Below, piece after piece: positions 51,113 to 61,367 of a stretch of DNA of 63,736 bases. Where the stretch lies: contig JAGBES010000025.1 of assembly GCA_017936845.1 (NCBI GenBank), positions 1 through 63,736 on the forward strand, in the 5' to 3' direction. The notes beneath the pieces are model-generated. The model was not told the DNA's origin. It did no database searches and saw only the letters and a list, made by a program, of their open reading frames with translations. The translations under genes were made by a program, and so were the position numbers. Numbering within the stretch: the first letter of the stretch is position 1; the number at the start of each line of letters is the position of its first letter. The stretch comes from Bacilli bacterium (GTDB taxonomy: Bacteria; Bacillota_I; Bacilli_A; RF39; UBA660).

Positions 51113-52873
51113 ATGGATAATGAAGAATTAAAAAAAATAAAGAAAAACTATGGAGAAGAAATGATGCATCTATGTAGAGAATTATTCCCAAGTTTATTAG
51201 AACAACCTAACTTAGTTTATAATATATTAAAAGAAAATATAGCTTTTACAAAAAACTTAGCTAGTGAAATAATAGAAAATAACTTAGAAGAAAAATTTAA
51301 AAACTATATATATAGTTTTGTTGATGTAGAAAAAGAAATTATTACAACAAATAAAAGCCCAGAAGAATTATTAAAAGAAAAAGGTTATATATTATATGAA
51401 TGTAAAAGTGAAGAAGATATTCAAAAATTTAAAAGATATTATTCTAAAGGTGAAGAACTATGTACTTTTAGAAATAAAAGATTAAAAAGTTGTTATGTAT
51501 TCTTTGCCGTAAAAGAAAATGTAGAAGAAATAAAAAGAGAAGGCTTTAAAAATCCCAAAAGAGAAGATTTATATGGAACATCAGTAATAAGTATCCAATT
51601 TACAAGAGGTGATAATAATACATTATCAATAAAGAATAGATATAATCATACAGTAAAAAATCCAGACGCAACGTATGGAAATAACTTAGAAAATATAATA
51701 CCAGGCTTAACAACAAGTTTTGAAAAATATTATAATTTAAATATCAATCAAAATATGAATATTTATTCTTCCTTTTTAACAGATGAGTTATGTTATGTAA
51801 AAGGAAATGATAAAAAATATTATAGATATAATTGTGAACTAAGCAATATTTATTATTGTGAAAATAATATCATAATAGATAATGGAATTGTTATAGATAG
51901 ATATAATAAAGAAAAAGAACGATATATTTTAATAGATTACTTTATAATAGATAGAAAAGATAAAATAATAGAAACATATGACAAGAGAATTAATGATAGT
52001 CTTATAGATTCTATAAAAGAAATAGGAAAGATAAAAGATATAGAAGTAACCAAAGATAAAAAAATAACGATTAAATATGAAGATTTGAAAGAAATAAATA
52101 TAGAATTAGATAAAACTAATAATATAATTAGTTATAAAAATAATTATATACAAAATATTAAAGATAGATTTTTATTGTTTAATGAATATGCAAAAAATAT
52201 AGAATTACCAAATGCTAAAATTATAGGAAATTACTTCTTATATTATAATAAAAAAATAACAAATATAGAATTACCAAATGCTAAAACTATAGGAAATAAT
52301 TTTTTATATTATAATAAAAATATAGTAAGTATATCAATTTCAAATGTTCAAAATATAGGTTTAAATTTCTTATATTATAATGAAAAATTAACAAATATAG
52401 AATTATCAAAAATAGAAAATATAAGAGATAATTTTTTATATAATAATAGAAGCATAAAAAGAATAGAACTACCAAAAGTAAAAAATATAGGTGATTCTTT
52501 CCTATGCTATAATCAAAATTTAGCTTCAATAGAAATGCCAGAAGTGGAAAATATAGGAAATTTTTTCTTATATTATAATGAAAAAATAGTTAGGTTAGAA
52601 ATGACAAAAATTAAAAATATAAAAGATAATTTTCTATATTATAATGAAAAATTAAAAACTATAGAAATACTAAATGTTCAAACTATAGGAGATAATTTTT
52701 TATATAGCAATGAAAAATTAGAAATTATAAAATTACCAAAAGTAGAAAGTATAGGAAATTTTTTCTTATATTGTAATGGTGAATTAAAAAATATAAATTT
52801 ATTAGATGTAAAAAAAATTGGAATTGGTTTCTTAAATAATAATAAAAATATAAAAAAATATAAAGTTAGATAA
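51113..52873 (+). CDS. BspA/TpLRR-type leucine-rich repeat protein with an uncharacterised N-terminal domain
   Basis: About 11 repeats of 22 aa (IELPNxxxIGNxFLYYNxxL); the ORF-track TTG start is actually a -35 TTGACA, and the ATG follows GGGGG. Confidence 0.85.
   Translation: MDNEELKKIKKNYGEEMMHLCRELFPSLLEQPNLVYNILKENIAFTKNLASEIIENNLEEKFKNYIYSFVDVEKEIITTNKSPEELLKEKGYILYECKSEEDIQKFKRYYSKGEELCTFRNKRLKSCYVFFAVKENVEEIKREGFKNPKREDLYGTSVISIQFTRGDNNTLSIKNRYNHTVKNPDATYGNNLENIIPGLTTSFEKYYNLNINQNMNIYSSFLTDELCYVKGNDKKYYRYNCELSNIYYCENNIIIDNGIVIDRYNKEKERYILIDYFIIDRKDKIIETYDKRINDSLIDSIKEIGKIKDIEVTKDKKITIKYEDLKEINIELDKTNNIISYKNNYIQNIKDRFLLFNEYAKNIELPNAKIIGNYFLYYNKKITNIELPNAKTIGNNFLYYNKNIVSISISNVQNIGLNFLYYNEKLTNIELSKIENIRDNFLYNNRSIKRIELPKVKNIGDSFLCYNQNLASIEMPEVENIGNFFLYYNEKIVRLEMTKIKNIKDNFLYYNEKLKTIEILNVQTIGDNFLYSNEKLEIIKLPKVESIGNFFLYCNGELKNINLLDVKKIGIGFLNNNKNIKKYKVR
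52190..52840 (+). repeat. 66-bp degenerate tandem repeats encoding the LRRs
   Basis: For example AATATAGAATTACCAAATGCTAAAA recurs 66 bp apart. Confidence 0.8.
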
Positions 52874-52909
52874 CTATTATTAATAAATATTTGATAATTT
52901 ATAGTAAAT

Positions 52910-52935
52910 ATTAAACAAAAAGTCATTGGCTTTTT
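52910..52935 (+). repeat. direct repeat copy 2 downstream of the LRR gene
   Basis: ATTAAACAAAAAGTCATTGGCTTTTT. Confidence 0.7.
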
Positions 52936-52970
52936 GTTATTTTTTTGTTATTATTTAATTGGTGATATAT

Positions 52971-53645
52971 ATGTATGAAGTGGCTTTAAGTATTTTAAAT
53001 AACTTAGAAGAAAATGGATTTAAGGCATACATAGTTGGAGGATATCCTAGAGATAAATATATGAATAGAAATTCTTCTGATATTGATATATGTACGAGTG
53101 CTAAAGTAGATGATATAGAAAAAATATTTAGTAACATAGATAAAAAATATAGTAAATATGGTAATGTAATCATAATTGAAAATAACTATAAATTTGAAGT
53201 AACAACATTTAGAAATGATATTTATTTAAAAAATAGAAATGATATATTAATTAATTATGTTGAAACATTAAAAGAAGATTTAAAAAGAAGAGATTTTATT
53301 ATAAATACATTGTGTATAGATAAAGATGGTAATTATGTTGATTTAATGAATGCTAGAAATGATATAGATAATAAAACAATAAGATTAGTAAGAAATGATG
53401 AGGAATTAAAAGAAGATCCTTTAAGAATACTTAGAGCTATAAGATTTGCTACTATATTAAATTTTAAATTAGATAAAGAATTAGAAAAAGGAATAATTAA
53501 ATATGGATATTTAATTGATGATTTATCAATTAATAAGAAAAAAATAGAAATTGATAAGATTATTAATAGTTATAATAAAGAATATGGATTAAAATTAATA
53601 AAAAAATATAAATTAGATAAATTTATCAATAAAAATAATGTATAA
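52971..53645 (+). CDS. short class II tRNA nucleotidyltransferase (CCA-adding/poly(A) polymerase family)
   Basis: VGGYPRD, DIDI, EVTTFR, DLKRRDF..N, EDPLRILRAIRFA; only about 224 aa. Confidence 0.85.
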   Translation: MYEVALSILNNLEENGFKAYIVGGYPRDKYMNRNSSDIDICTSAKVDDIEKIFSNIDKKYSKYGNVIIIENNYKFEVTTFRNDIYLKNRNDILINYVETLKEDLKRRDFIINTLCIDKDGNYVDLMNARNDIDNKTIRLVRNDEELKEDPLRILRAIRFATILNFKLDKELEKGIIKYGYLIDDLSINKKKIEIDKIINSYNKEYGLKLIKKYKLDKFINKNNV

Positions 53646-53662
53646 TAAAGTAGGTGATTAAT

Positions 53663-54313
53663 ATGATGGATAAGTTTATAAATATATTAAAAGATGGAAC
53701 TATAAGTATACCTAAAATATTGTTATTAAAATATAAAGAATTAAAATTAAAAGAAAAAGATTTAGTAGTATTAATATATATAATAAATGAAAAAAAAGAA
53801 ACATTTAATCCAGAAAAAATAGGTAGAGATTTAAATTTGAAAATACCAGAAGTGTTAGAAATAATAGAAAACTTAAATAATGCAGATTTAATATCAATTG
53901 TAACAAGAAAAAGTAACAATGTTATAGAAGAAATAATAGATATGTCTAGTTTGTATAAGAAATTAGCATATTTAGTTATAAATGAAGAAAAAAAAGAAAA
54001 AGAAAAATCAAATATATATGATAATTTTGAAAAAGAATTTGGAAGAACTTTGTCACCAATAGAATATGAGCTTATAAGTGGATGGTTAGATAATTATAAT
54101 GAAGAAATCATTAAATGTGCTTTAAAAGAAGCTGTATGGAATGGTGTATCAAATTTAAGATATATAGATAAAATATTATATGAATGGAAGAAGAAAGGGA
54201 TAAATAGTAAAGATGATGTAGAAAAAGATAGAAAACAATTTAAAAAAAATAATACAAAAAAAACAGAAATGTTTGATTATGATTGGTTAAATGATGATAC
54301 AGAAAATAATTGA
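53663..54313 (+). CDS. dnaD: primosomal protein DnaD
   Basis: IP..LL..Y, FEKEFGRTLSPIEYE, YIDKILYEW, FDYDWL; dnaD-nth synteny. Confidence 0.92.
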   Translation: MMDKFINILKDGTISIPKILLLKYKELKLKEKDLVVLIYIINEKKETFNPEKIGRDLNLKIPEVLEIIENLNNADLISIVTRKSNNVIEEIIDMSSLYKKLAYLVINEEKKEKEKSNIYDNFEKEFGRTLSPIEYELISGWLDNYNEEIIKCALKEAVWNGVSNLRYIDKILYEWKKKGINSKDDVEKDRKQFKKNNTKKTEMFDYDWLNDDTENN

Positions 54314-54917
54314 TTATTTAGATGAAATAATTATAAATCCTAGATGTGAATTAAATTATACTAAGGATTATGAACTTTTAATAGCAGTTATGCTTAGTGC
54401 ACAAACAACAGATAAAAGAGTAAATGAAGTAAACAAGATATTGTTTTCTAGATATAAAAGTTTAAAGGAATTAAAAGACGCTAATATAGAAGATATTATA
54501 ATTATTATCAAAAGTATTGGAACATTTAATAAGAAAGCAAAAAATATTAAAATAATAGCTAATTCATTGCTTAAAGATTACAATGGTATAGTACCAAATA
54601 ATAGAGAATATTTAGAATCATTACCAGGCGTAGGTAGAAAAACAGCTAATGTTGTCCTTAGTGAATTATATAATGAGCAATTTATAGCAGTAGATACTCA
54701 TATAAAAAGAGTAAGTATAAGACTTGGACTTGCTAATGAAAACGATGATGTTTTAATAATAGAAAAAAAGTTAACTAAAAAATTTAAAAACTATAATGCT
54801 AAAAGAATACATCATCAATTATTGTTATTTGGAAGATACTATTGCAAAGCAAGAAATCCTTTATGTGATAATTGTAAATTAAAAGATATATGTAAAGAAA
54901 AAAGAATTTCAAGTTAA
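54291..54917 (+). CDS. nth: endonuclease III
   Basis: LSAQTTD, LPGVGRKTAN, VDTH, C-x6-C-x2-C-x5-C. Confidence 0.96.
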   Translation: MMIQKIIDYLDEIIINPRCELNYTKDYELLIAVMLSAQTTDKRVNEVNKILFSRYKSLKELKDANIEDIIIIIKSIGTFNKKAKNIKIIANSLLKDYNGIVPNNREYLESLPGVGRKTANVVLSELYNEQFIAVDTHIKRVSIRLGLANENDDVLIIEKKLTKKFKNYNAKRIHHQLLLFGRYYCKARNPLCDNCKLKDICKEKRISS

Positions 54918-54932
54918 TTTGAAATTCTTTTT
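54899..54932. terminator. bidirectional terminator between nth and ponA
   Basis: AAAGAATTTCAA..TTGAAATTCTTT flanked by A- and T-runs. Confidence 0.75.
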
Positions 54933-57819
54933 ATTGTATCGTTACATTTCTTGATATTGATTTTGATTCGTAATTATAAGTAACAGTATATATTCCAGGC
55001 ATAGAATTCATTAATTCAAATGTTGAAGGAGTATTTGTAGTATTATTATAATATGTAATAGAAGTTGGTGTTAAAACTGTTTCTTCTCCATTTTTAATTA
55101 TTATAATACCTTGTTCACTATATGAACCCTTTGGAACAGTTATTTGGCTTTCTCCTTTAAGTTTAAGTGTTATTTCATCAGTAACACCTGCTAATGAAAC
55201 TGTTGTAGAAACACCATCACTCATATTTGAAGTAAATATTGTATAAGAAGATTTTACAACATAACTTGTAGGAGAAGAAGAATTAACAGTAATAGTAATA
55301 GAATTAGATGAAGTTGATTCAATTAAGTTTAAATTACCGTTATCATCTTTACTATATATTTTGTATACTAAGCTACCTATATTTTTGTTATTATAAGATT
55401 TTCTAGATGAAACAAATTTATTTTGAAATCCATTTGTTTCAAATAATGATTTAGCTAATTCTTTTATTTTTTCTTCATTTAAAGCATCTGGTGTTCCAAT
55501 AGGATCCCAACTAAGAGTTAATTGATTACCAGATACGGAACTTTTTAGATTAGTAACATCAGCTAATTTACTAAATCTTGTAGAAGTTTCAGTAGGTTCA
55601 GTACCTGCTTTAAACAATTCAGTAACAATTAGATTTTTTGGAGTATATTCACTAGGAAGTTTAGCTGGATATGTTTCAGTTTCAACAGCAACTTTAGAAA
55701 CACCGCCAGGGTTTTTAAAAGAGCTTCCTTTTTTAAATATACCTTTTCCTACCTTTTGAAACAATCTTTCATGATAAGTTGTACCAAAAATATTGTGATA
55801 TTCTTTATTTGGCTTTTCATAACCATACCAAACAGAAATAGCATAATCAGGTGAGGTACCAGATACCCAGTAATCATTAATTGCATTATCTGGAAGATTT
55901 CTAGCTTTTTTAGTTTTATCATCAAAATTTGATGTACCAGTTTTTGCTCCATAAACAGTACCATTTATATTTGCATGATTCAATAATCCTCTTTTAGCTG
56001 ATGATTGTAATAAATCTGTCATGATATAAGCTGTTTGAGGACTAAATACTTTTGTTGTAGTTACTTCTTTTTTAGTTTCTTCACCTGTATTTTTATCAAC
56101 AACTCTTATATAACTATGTGGAGAATTATAGACACCTCCATTAGCAAAAGTAGCATAAGCAGCAGCCATAGTTACTGGACATTCACCAGTATAACCACCA
56201 ATTGCATGTGCCTGATGTAAATTTTCTTCAGGATGTAATCCTAATTTTGTAACAGTTTCTTTGATGTTACCATTTTTATTTTTTTTGAATGCTTTAACAG
56301 CAGATGTATTTCTTGATTCAGCTAGTGCTTTTCTTAAAGTTAAGAATCCCATATAAGAACCGTCCCAATTACTAAGACTAGTACCATCTGAATAAGTAAT
56401 GTTTTCATCTGTAAAAGGTTCATAAGTTGACCAATTTTCATATTCGATACCTACGGAATAATCGTAAAGAGGTTTTGCGGTAGAACCAATTTGATTTTTT
56501 AATTGTGTTGCAGTATTAAATGTTCTTTCTTTAGTTTTATCTCTACCAGCACCAACGGCTAATAAATTACCATTTTTAACATCAATAACAGCTATACCAG
56601 CAGTTGCTTTTTCATCTTTCCAATCCCAAGTTTTACCAGTCATTATATCATTTATATATTCTTGTTTTTCTCTATCCATTGTTGTATATATTTCAAGAGC
56701 TGTTTTATTATCATAAGGATTAATTCCATCATCTATTAATTCTTCAATAACAGTATCTATAAATCCTTGATATTGGTTATTAGAAGTTTCTGATTCACTA
56801 TTTACCAAAAGTTTATCTACAGTTAATTTTTCAGCAGCTTGTCTTTCTTGTTTTGTAATATATCCATGTCTTTCCATTAACTTTAAAACTATTTTTCTTC
56901 TTGCTTCTGCTTTTTCTGGATATCTAAGAGGATCATCACTACCAGGTGATTGGAATAAACCAGCTATTAAAGCAGCTTCAGCTAAATTTATATCTTTAGC
57001 AGATTTCCCAAAATAAGTTTTACAAGCTTGTTCAACCCCATATGATTTTCCACCTAGATAAGGAGCATTAATATAAAATTCTAAAATTTCTTCTTTAGTA
57101 TAATGTTTTTCTACTTCATATATAGCCATATATATATCAGTGAATTTTCTTGTTAAACTTTTTTGAGTTGAAGTATAGTGGTTTTTAACAAGTTGCATTG
57201 TTAATGTAGAAGCACCACCAGCACTACTACTACCCAATAAAGTTTGAAGACTTGCTTTAGTAAATCTAGGAAGATCAAAACCATTATGTTGATAAAATCT
57301 TGAATCTTCAGTTGCTACTATAGCATTTATTAATACTTCTGGTAAATCATCATATTTAATTATTTCTCTATTTTCAGCACCAAGTTTTCCAAATTCTTTA
57401 CCATCTATATCATAGAAAGTTGAGGCTTCCTGATGATATAATTCATTTGGATCAAATTTAGGAGCATTCATAACAATATACCCTATAAAAGCACAAATTG
57501 CTAACACACCTATAATACATAGAATTAAGAAAATAAAGATTAATTTTTTAATTAAATTTTTTCCATTTTTTCTAGAATTCTTTTTCTTTTCGTGTTTTTT
57601 CTTAGGTTTAACTTGTTTTTTTATAGTAGCTGCATGTCTACTAGTTTCAATTTTTTTTCTATTTTTTAATAAATTTGGAATAAATAAGACTAAATCAGCA
57701 ATACCTATAACAATTAGTGAAATCCATATATTAATTGCTAAACATCCAACTATAAATGCTATTAAGCTAACTATGATAATTATCACATAATCTTTATTAT
57801 TTTTAAAAAAATCTTTCAT
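54931..57819 (-). CDS. ponA: class A penicillin-binding protein 1A
   Basis: EDSRF, GASTLTMQL, RKFTD (transglycosylase); STAK, SRN, KTG (transpeptidase); C-terminal FN3/Ig-like extension. Confidence 0.95.
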   Translation of the reverse strand: MKDFFKNNKDYVIIIIVSLIAFIVGCLAINIWISLIVIGIADLVLFIPNLLKNRKKIETSRHAATIKKQVKPKKKHEKKKNSRKNGKNLIKKLIFIFLILCIIGVLAICAFIGYIVMNAPKFDPNELYHQEASTFYDIDGKEFGKLGAENREIIKYDDLPEVLINAIVATEDSRFYQHNGFDLPRFTKASLQTLLGSSSAGGASTLTMQLVKNHYTSTQKSLTRKFTDIYMAIYEVEKHYTKEEILEFYINAPYLGGKSYGVEQACKTYFGKSAKDINLAEAALIAGLFQSPGSDDPLRYPEKAEARRKIVLKLMERHGYITKQERQAAEKLTVDKLLVNSESETSNNQYQGFIDTVIEELIDDGINPYDNKTALEIYTTMDREKQEYINDIMTGKTWDWKDEKATAGIAVIDVKNGNLLAVGAGRDKTKERTFNTATQLKNQIGSTAKPLYDYSVGIEYENWSTYEPFTDENITYSDGTSLSNWDGSYMGFLTLRKALAESRNTSAVKAFKKNKNGNIKETVTKLGLHPEENLHQAHAIGGYTGECPVTMAAAYATFANGGVYNSPHSYIRVVDKNTGEETKKEVTTTKVFSPQTAYIMTDLLQSSAKRGLLNHANINGTVYGAKTGTSNFDDKTKKARNLPDNAINDYWVSGTSPDYAISVWYGYEKPNKEYHNIFGTTYHERLFQKVGKGIFKKGSSFKNPGGVSKVAVETETYPAKLPSEYTPKNLIVTELFKAGTEPTETSTRFSKLADVTNLKSSVSGNQLTLSWDPIGTPDALNEEKIKELAKSLFETNGFQNKFVSSRKSYNNKNIGSLVYKIYSKDDNGNLNLIESTSSNSITITVNSSSPTSYVVKSSYTIFTSNMSDGVSTTVSLAGVTDEITLKLKGESQITVPKGSYSEQGIIIIKNGEETVLTPTSITYYNNTTNTPSTFELMNSMPGIYTVTYNYESKSISRNVTIQ

Positions 57820-57833
57820 TTTACCTCTCCTTT

Positions 57834-58394
57834 TTAATCTTTATAGATATAATTATCGATAATTTCTAAATAATCTATTCTTGGATTAAACTTATCTTTA
57901 ATTAAATAACCATAATTTTCAAAATAATTTAATGGAATTGATTTTCGTGTACTTTCTTTTATAAATTTAACTAAATTTTTAGTTTCAAGTAGAAAAGTTT
58001 TATTTTTTAATGTAAATCTAACAATTAAGAAGCTTATACCACCGTGTTCAGCTATTTTTTTTAAATGTTCTATCTGATGAACGTGTATATTTGATAAAGG
58101 AAAATTATTATTTTTAGTCTCTTTAGCTTCAAAATCAATATATTTACCTTTATATATTCCATTATAATCTGTAGTTGATGGAATTTTAAAATATGCTTCT
58201 TTAATAACTGCATCCTTACGATTTGGAAAATCAACTTTAGTTATAGTAATAGGTGTTGGTTTTTTATAGATGATAGCTTTATTGTTAATTAAATAAAAGT
58301 TATTTGTTTCATTTAAATCATTTTCTAAAGACATACCTCTATTTCCATATGAAATACTCCTTTTATTATTTTTTAATTTTGTTGGATATTTCAT
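57834..58394 (-). CDS. recU: Holliday junction resolvase RecU
   Basis: NRGMSLE, KKPTP, STTDYNG, DFEAKET, HQ. Confidence 0.96.
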   Translation of the reverse strand: MKYPTKLKNNKRSISYGNRGMSLENDLNETNNFYLINNKAIIYKKPTPITITKVDFPNRKDAVIKEAYFKIPSTTDYNGIYKGKYIDFEAKETKNNNFPLSNIHVHQIEHLKKIAEHGGISFLIVRFTLKNKTFLLETKNLVKFIKESTRKSIPLNYFENYGYLIKDKFNPRIDYLEIIDNYIYKD

Positions 58395-58483
58395 TATTAT
58401 CACCTTTTTTAATTATACAATAAAAAAATATTTTTTACTATAGAAATTTATGAAAAAATATAAGTTCTAAAAATAGCTAGTTT

Positions 58484-58490
58484 TGTCGAA
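58484..58490 (+). promoter_or_regulatory. Spo0A box
   Basis: Perfect TGTCGAA in the recU / small-ORF intergenic region. Confidence 0.45.
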
Positions 58491-58540
58491 TTTAATGTTT
58501 TAATAAAATATGTATGATAAATTTATTTTGAGGTGAAAAT

Positions 58541-58645
58541 ATGAGTAGATATAAACACATGAATATAAATCTTTTATTTGATGAAATGATTGAAGATGTA
58601 AAGTTTTTGAAAAAATCTACAGTATTTATAGAAACAAAAAAATAA
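58541..58645 (+). CDS. 34-aa small protein, not in the ORF track
   Basis: GAGGTGA SD; MSRYKHMNINLLFDEMIEDVKFLKKSTVFIETKK. Confidence 0.5.
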   Translation: MSRYKHMNINLLFDEMIEDVKFLKKSTVFIETKK

Positions 58646-58654
58646 TCATGAAGA

Positions 58655-58864
58655 TTATTTTGATTCAATGTGATTAAAAAGAATACCTATATTGATAATT
58701 CCACATATACCAACAATAATATATATTAGATTGGCTAAAAATTTGATATTAAGTAGTTCAACAAAAAGGTAATCAACAATATTGAAATTAAAAATTCCAA
58801 TAATTCCCCATACAATAGCTCCTATAATTGTAAAAATAAGAGCTGTTTTTTGTAAACTTTCCAT
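58655..58864 (-). CDS. DUF378 (YuzA-like) membrane protein
   Basis: IIGAIVWGIIGIFNFNIV..YIIVGICG; upstream GAATA-N17-CATTCTA sigma-G-like promoter. Confidence 0.88.
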   Translation of the reverse strand: MESLQKTALIFTIIGAIVWGIIGIFNFNIVDYLFVELLNIKFLANLIYIIVGICGIINIGILFNHIESK

Positions 58865-58913
58865 GATATGCTCCTTTCTTTATTAATAGAATGTCCTAAA
58901 TAATTTAAAATAT

Positions 58914-58941
58914 TCATATAAAGAAAATAAATCCATATAAT
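58914..58941 (+). promoter_or_regulatory. putative sigma-E promoter
   Basis: TCATATA-N13-CATATAAT. Confidence 0.45.
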
Positions 58942-58970
58942 TAAATGAAAATAATTTATGGGGTGAAAGA

Positions 58971-59954
58971 ATGAAAAAGAAAATATTGTTGATTCTTATG
59001 TTAGGATGTTTTTTCTTTACAGGATGTTTTAAAAATAATGATGAATCAAAAAAATTTATAAAAAAAGTAGAAAAAACAAAAAGTTATTATTTAAGTGGTG
59101 AACTGGAAATTATAAATAATGAAGATACATATTATTATGATGTAAATGTATCATATAAAGATAAAGATTATTATAAAGTAAGTTTAAAAAATAAGATAAA
59201 TGATCATGAACAGATTATATTAAAAAATGATGATGGAGTCTATGTTCTTACACCATCACTTAATAAAAGTTTTAAATTTCAAAGTGAATGGCCATATAAT
59301 AATTCACAAAGCTATTTATTACAAAGTTTAGTAACAGATATTGAAAAAGATAAAACAAAGAAAATAGAAAAAAATAAATCCACAACTATTATTACTACTA
59401 AGGTAAATTATTCTAATAATAAAAAATTAAATAGTCAAAAAATATATTTAAATAAATCATCTATGGTAGAAAAAGTAGAAGTTTATGATGAAGATAATAA
59501 TATAAAAATTAAAATGAATTTTGATAATATAGATTTAAAATCTAAATATGATAAAGATTACTTTGATATAAAAAGTAATATGAGTATAAAAGAAGTAAAA
59601 GAAACATCTAAAAGTTTAAATGATATAGTATATCCAATGTATATGCCGGAAAATACTTATTTAGCAAGTGAAGATAAAATATCTGTTACTAATGGAGAAA
59701 GAGTAATACTTACATTCTTAGGAGATAGTCCATTTACAATTATAGAAGAAACTGTAAATGTAAGTAAAGAAATGGAAACAATAAATATGTATGGAGAACC
59801 AACATTATTAGTAGATACAGTTGGATCGTTAAGTGATAATGAAGTTACTTGGATAAGTAATGGAATAGAGTATTATGCTACATCAGAAGTAATGAATGAA
59901 ACAGAACTTTTAGAAGTTGTGAAATCAATAAGTGCTATGCCAGTTTCAAAATAA
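58971..59954 (+). CDS. YdcC-like LolA-fold sporulation lipoprotein
   Basis: FTGC lipobox; QIILKN..GVYVLTP.LNKSFKFQSEWP.N.SQ.YL. Confidence 0.85.
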   Translation: MKKKILLILMLGCFFFTGCFKNNDESKKFIKKVEKTKSYYLSGELEIINNEDTYYYDVNVSYKDKDYYKVSLKNKINDHEQIILKNDDGVYVLTPSLNKSFKFQSEWPYNNSQSYLLQSLVTDIEKDKTKKIEKNKSTTIITTKVNYSNNKKLNSQKIYLNKSSMVEKVEVYDEDNNIKIKMNFDNIDLKSKYDKDYFDIKSNMSIKEVKETSKSLNDIVYPMYMPENTYLASEDKISVTNGERVILTFLGDSPFTIIEETVNVSKEMETINMYGEPTLLVDTVGSLSDNEVTWISNGIEYYATSEVMNETELLEVVKSISAMPVSK

Positions 59955-60019
59955 TGATAGAAAATAGAAAAAAAGTTTCTATTTTTTTTTAAATATGTTA
60001 TAATGCTTTTGGTGATATA

Positions 60020-60535
60020 ATGAGTAAAAAAAACAAACAAGTAATTTTAAAAAACAATTCATCAGTAGAAAGCAATGAATATAAAAAATTAATAACTATA
60101 ATTATTATAGTAGCTACTATATTTTTAATATTTTATGTAATAACATTATTTTTTACTAAAAGTGATAAAGATAATATTTTTAAAAATGATTTAAACGCAT
60201 CAGAAATACAATATGATGAAATAATCATAGGAGAAATGTTTAATAAAGATGGAGAATATTATGTATTATTATTAGAAGGTGAAGATCCTTACAAAAGTAT
60301 ATTTGATAGTTATGTGACAATGATAAGAAGCGGAAAGACTAAAATATATACGGTTGACTTAAATAGTGCATTTAATAAAAGTTATAAAGATGAAGAAAAT
60401 AATTATGAAAAAGATAATTTTAAAGTAAAAGGAACACTATTGTTAAAACTTGATGATGGAAATATAAAAGATCATTATGAAAATAAAGAAGAAATATTAA
60501 ATATTTTAAAAGAACTATCAAATACCCTTGAATAG
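60020..60535 (+). CDS. membrane-anchored hypothetical protein
   Basis: N-terminal TM; possible degenerate thioredoxin-like fold. Confidence 0.7.
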   Translation: MSKKNKQVILKNNSSVESNEYKKLITIIIIVATIFLIFYVITLFFTKSDKDNIFKNDLNASEIQYDEIIIGEMFNKDGEYYVLLLEGEDPYKSIFDSYVTMIRSGKTKIYTVDLNSAFNKSYKDEENNYEKDNFKVKGTLLLKLDDGNIKDHYENKEEILNILKELSNTLE

Positions 60536-60607
60536 TTCTTTTATTTTTTTATGTTGACATTTGTTATTTATAATAATATAATACATAACTATTGAGGGGA
60601 TGATTAG

Positions 60608-61306
60608 ATGAAACCAATAATAGGAATAGTAGAATGGCCATATACAGATAAAGATGGAGATTTAATATATGAAGTTATAAATCCTATTATAGAAAAAGTA
60701 TCACAATATGGAGGAATACCTATTGGAATATTTCCAACGCAAATAGAAAATTATCAAAATAAAAAAATAAATGAAATAAAAAAATTAACATTAGAAGAAA
60801 AAGATGATTTGAATCAGTCATTAAAAATATGCGATGCTATTATAAAACCAGGAGCACTAAGAATATATGGATATGAAAAATATATATATAATTATGCTTT
60901 TGAAAAAAATATGCCATATATAGGAATATGTGCAGGCATGCAACTTATGGCAGCACACCAAAAAGAAATGAAAAATGTAAGAAATTCTGAAAGTAATGTA
61001 ATACATCATTCAAAAGAAGAATATGCCCATAGCATAAAAATAATGAAAGATACATTATTATATAATATATTAAAAAAAGATGAAATAATGGTAAATAGTA
61101 GACATAATTATCATATAGAAAATCCAGGAATAAATAAAATAAGTGCATATTCAGAAGACTCTTTAATAGAAGCAATAGAAAATCCGACTAAAGATTTTCA
61201 GATAGGATTACAATGGCATCCAGAAATGTTAAATGATGAAAATACAGAACATATATTTGAAAGTTTTATATATGAGGCAAATAAATATAAGTTAAAAAGA
61301 AAATAA
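60608..61306 (+). CDS. peptidase C26 / class I glutamine amidotransferase
   Basis: GICAGMQ, VNSRH, IEAIE, GLQWHPE; ends KYKLKRK. Confidence 0.9.
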   Translation: MKPIIGIVEWPYTDKDGDLIYEVINPIIEKVSQYGGIPIGIFPTQIENYQNKKINEIKKLTLEEKDDLNQSLKICDAIIKPGALRIYGYEKYIYNYAFEKNMPYIGICAGMQLMAAHQKEMKNVRNSESNVIHHSKEEYAHSIKIMKDTLLYNILKKDEIMVNSRHNYHIENPGINKISAYSEDSLIEAIENPTKDFQIGLQWHPEMLNDENTEHIFESFIYEANKYKLKRK

Positions 61307-61367
61307 TTTTTAACTTTTTTATTTGCTATTAAATTAATAATATGCTAATATAATTATGGTGATAATA

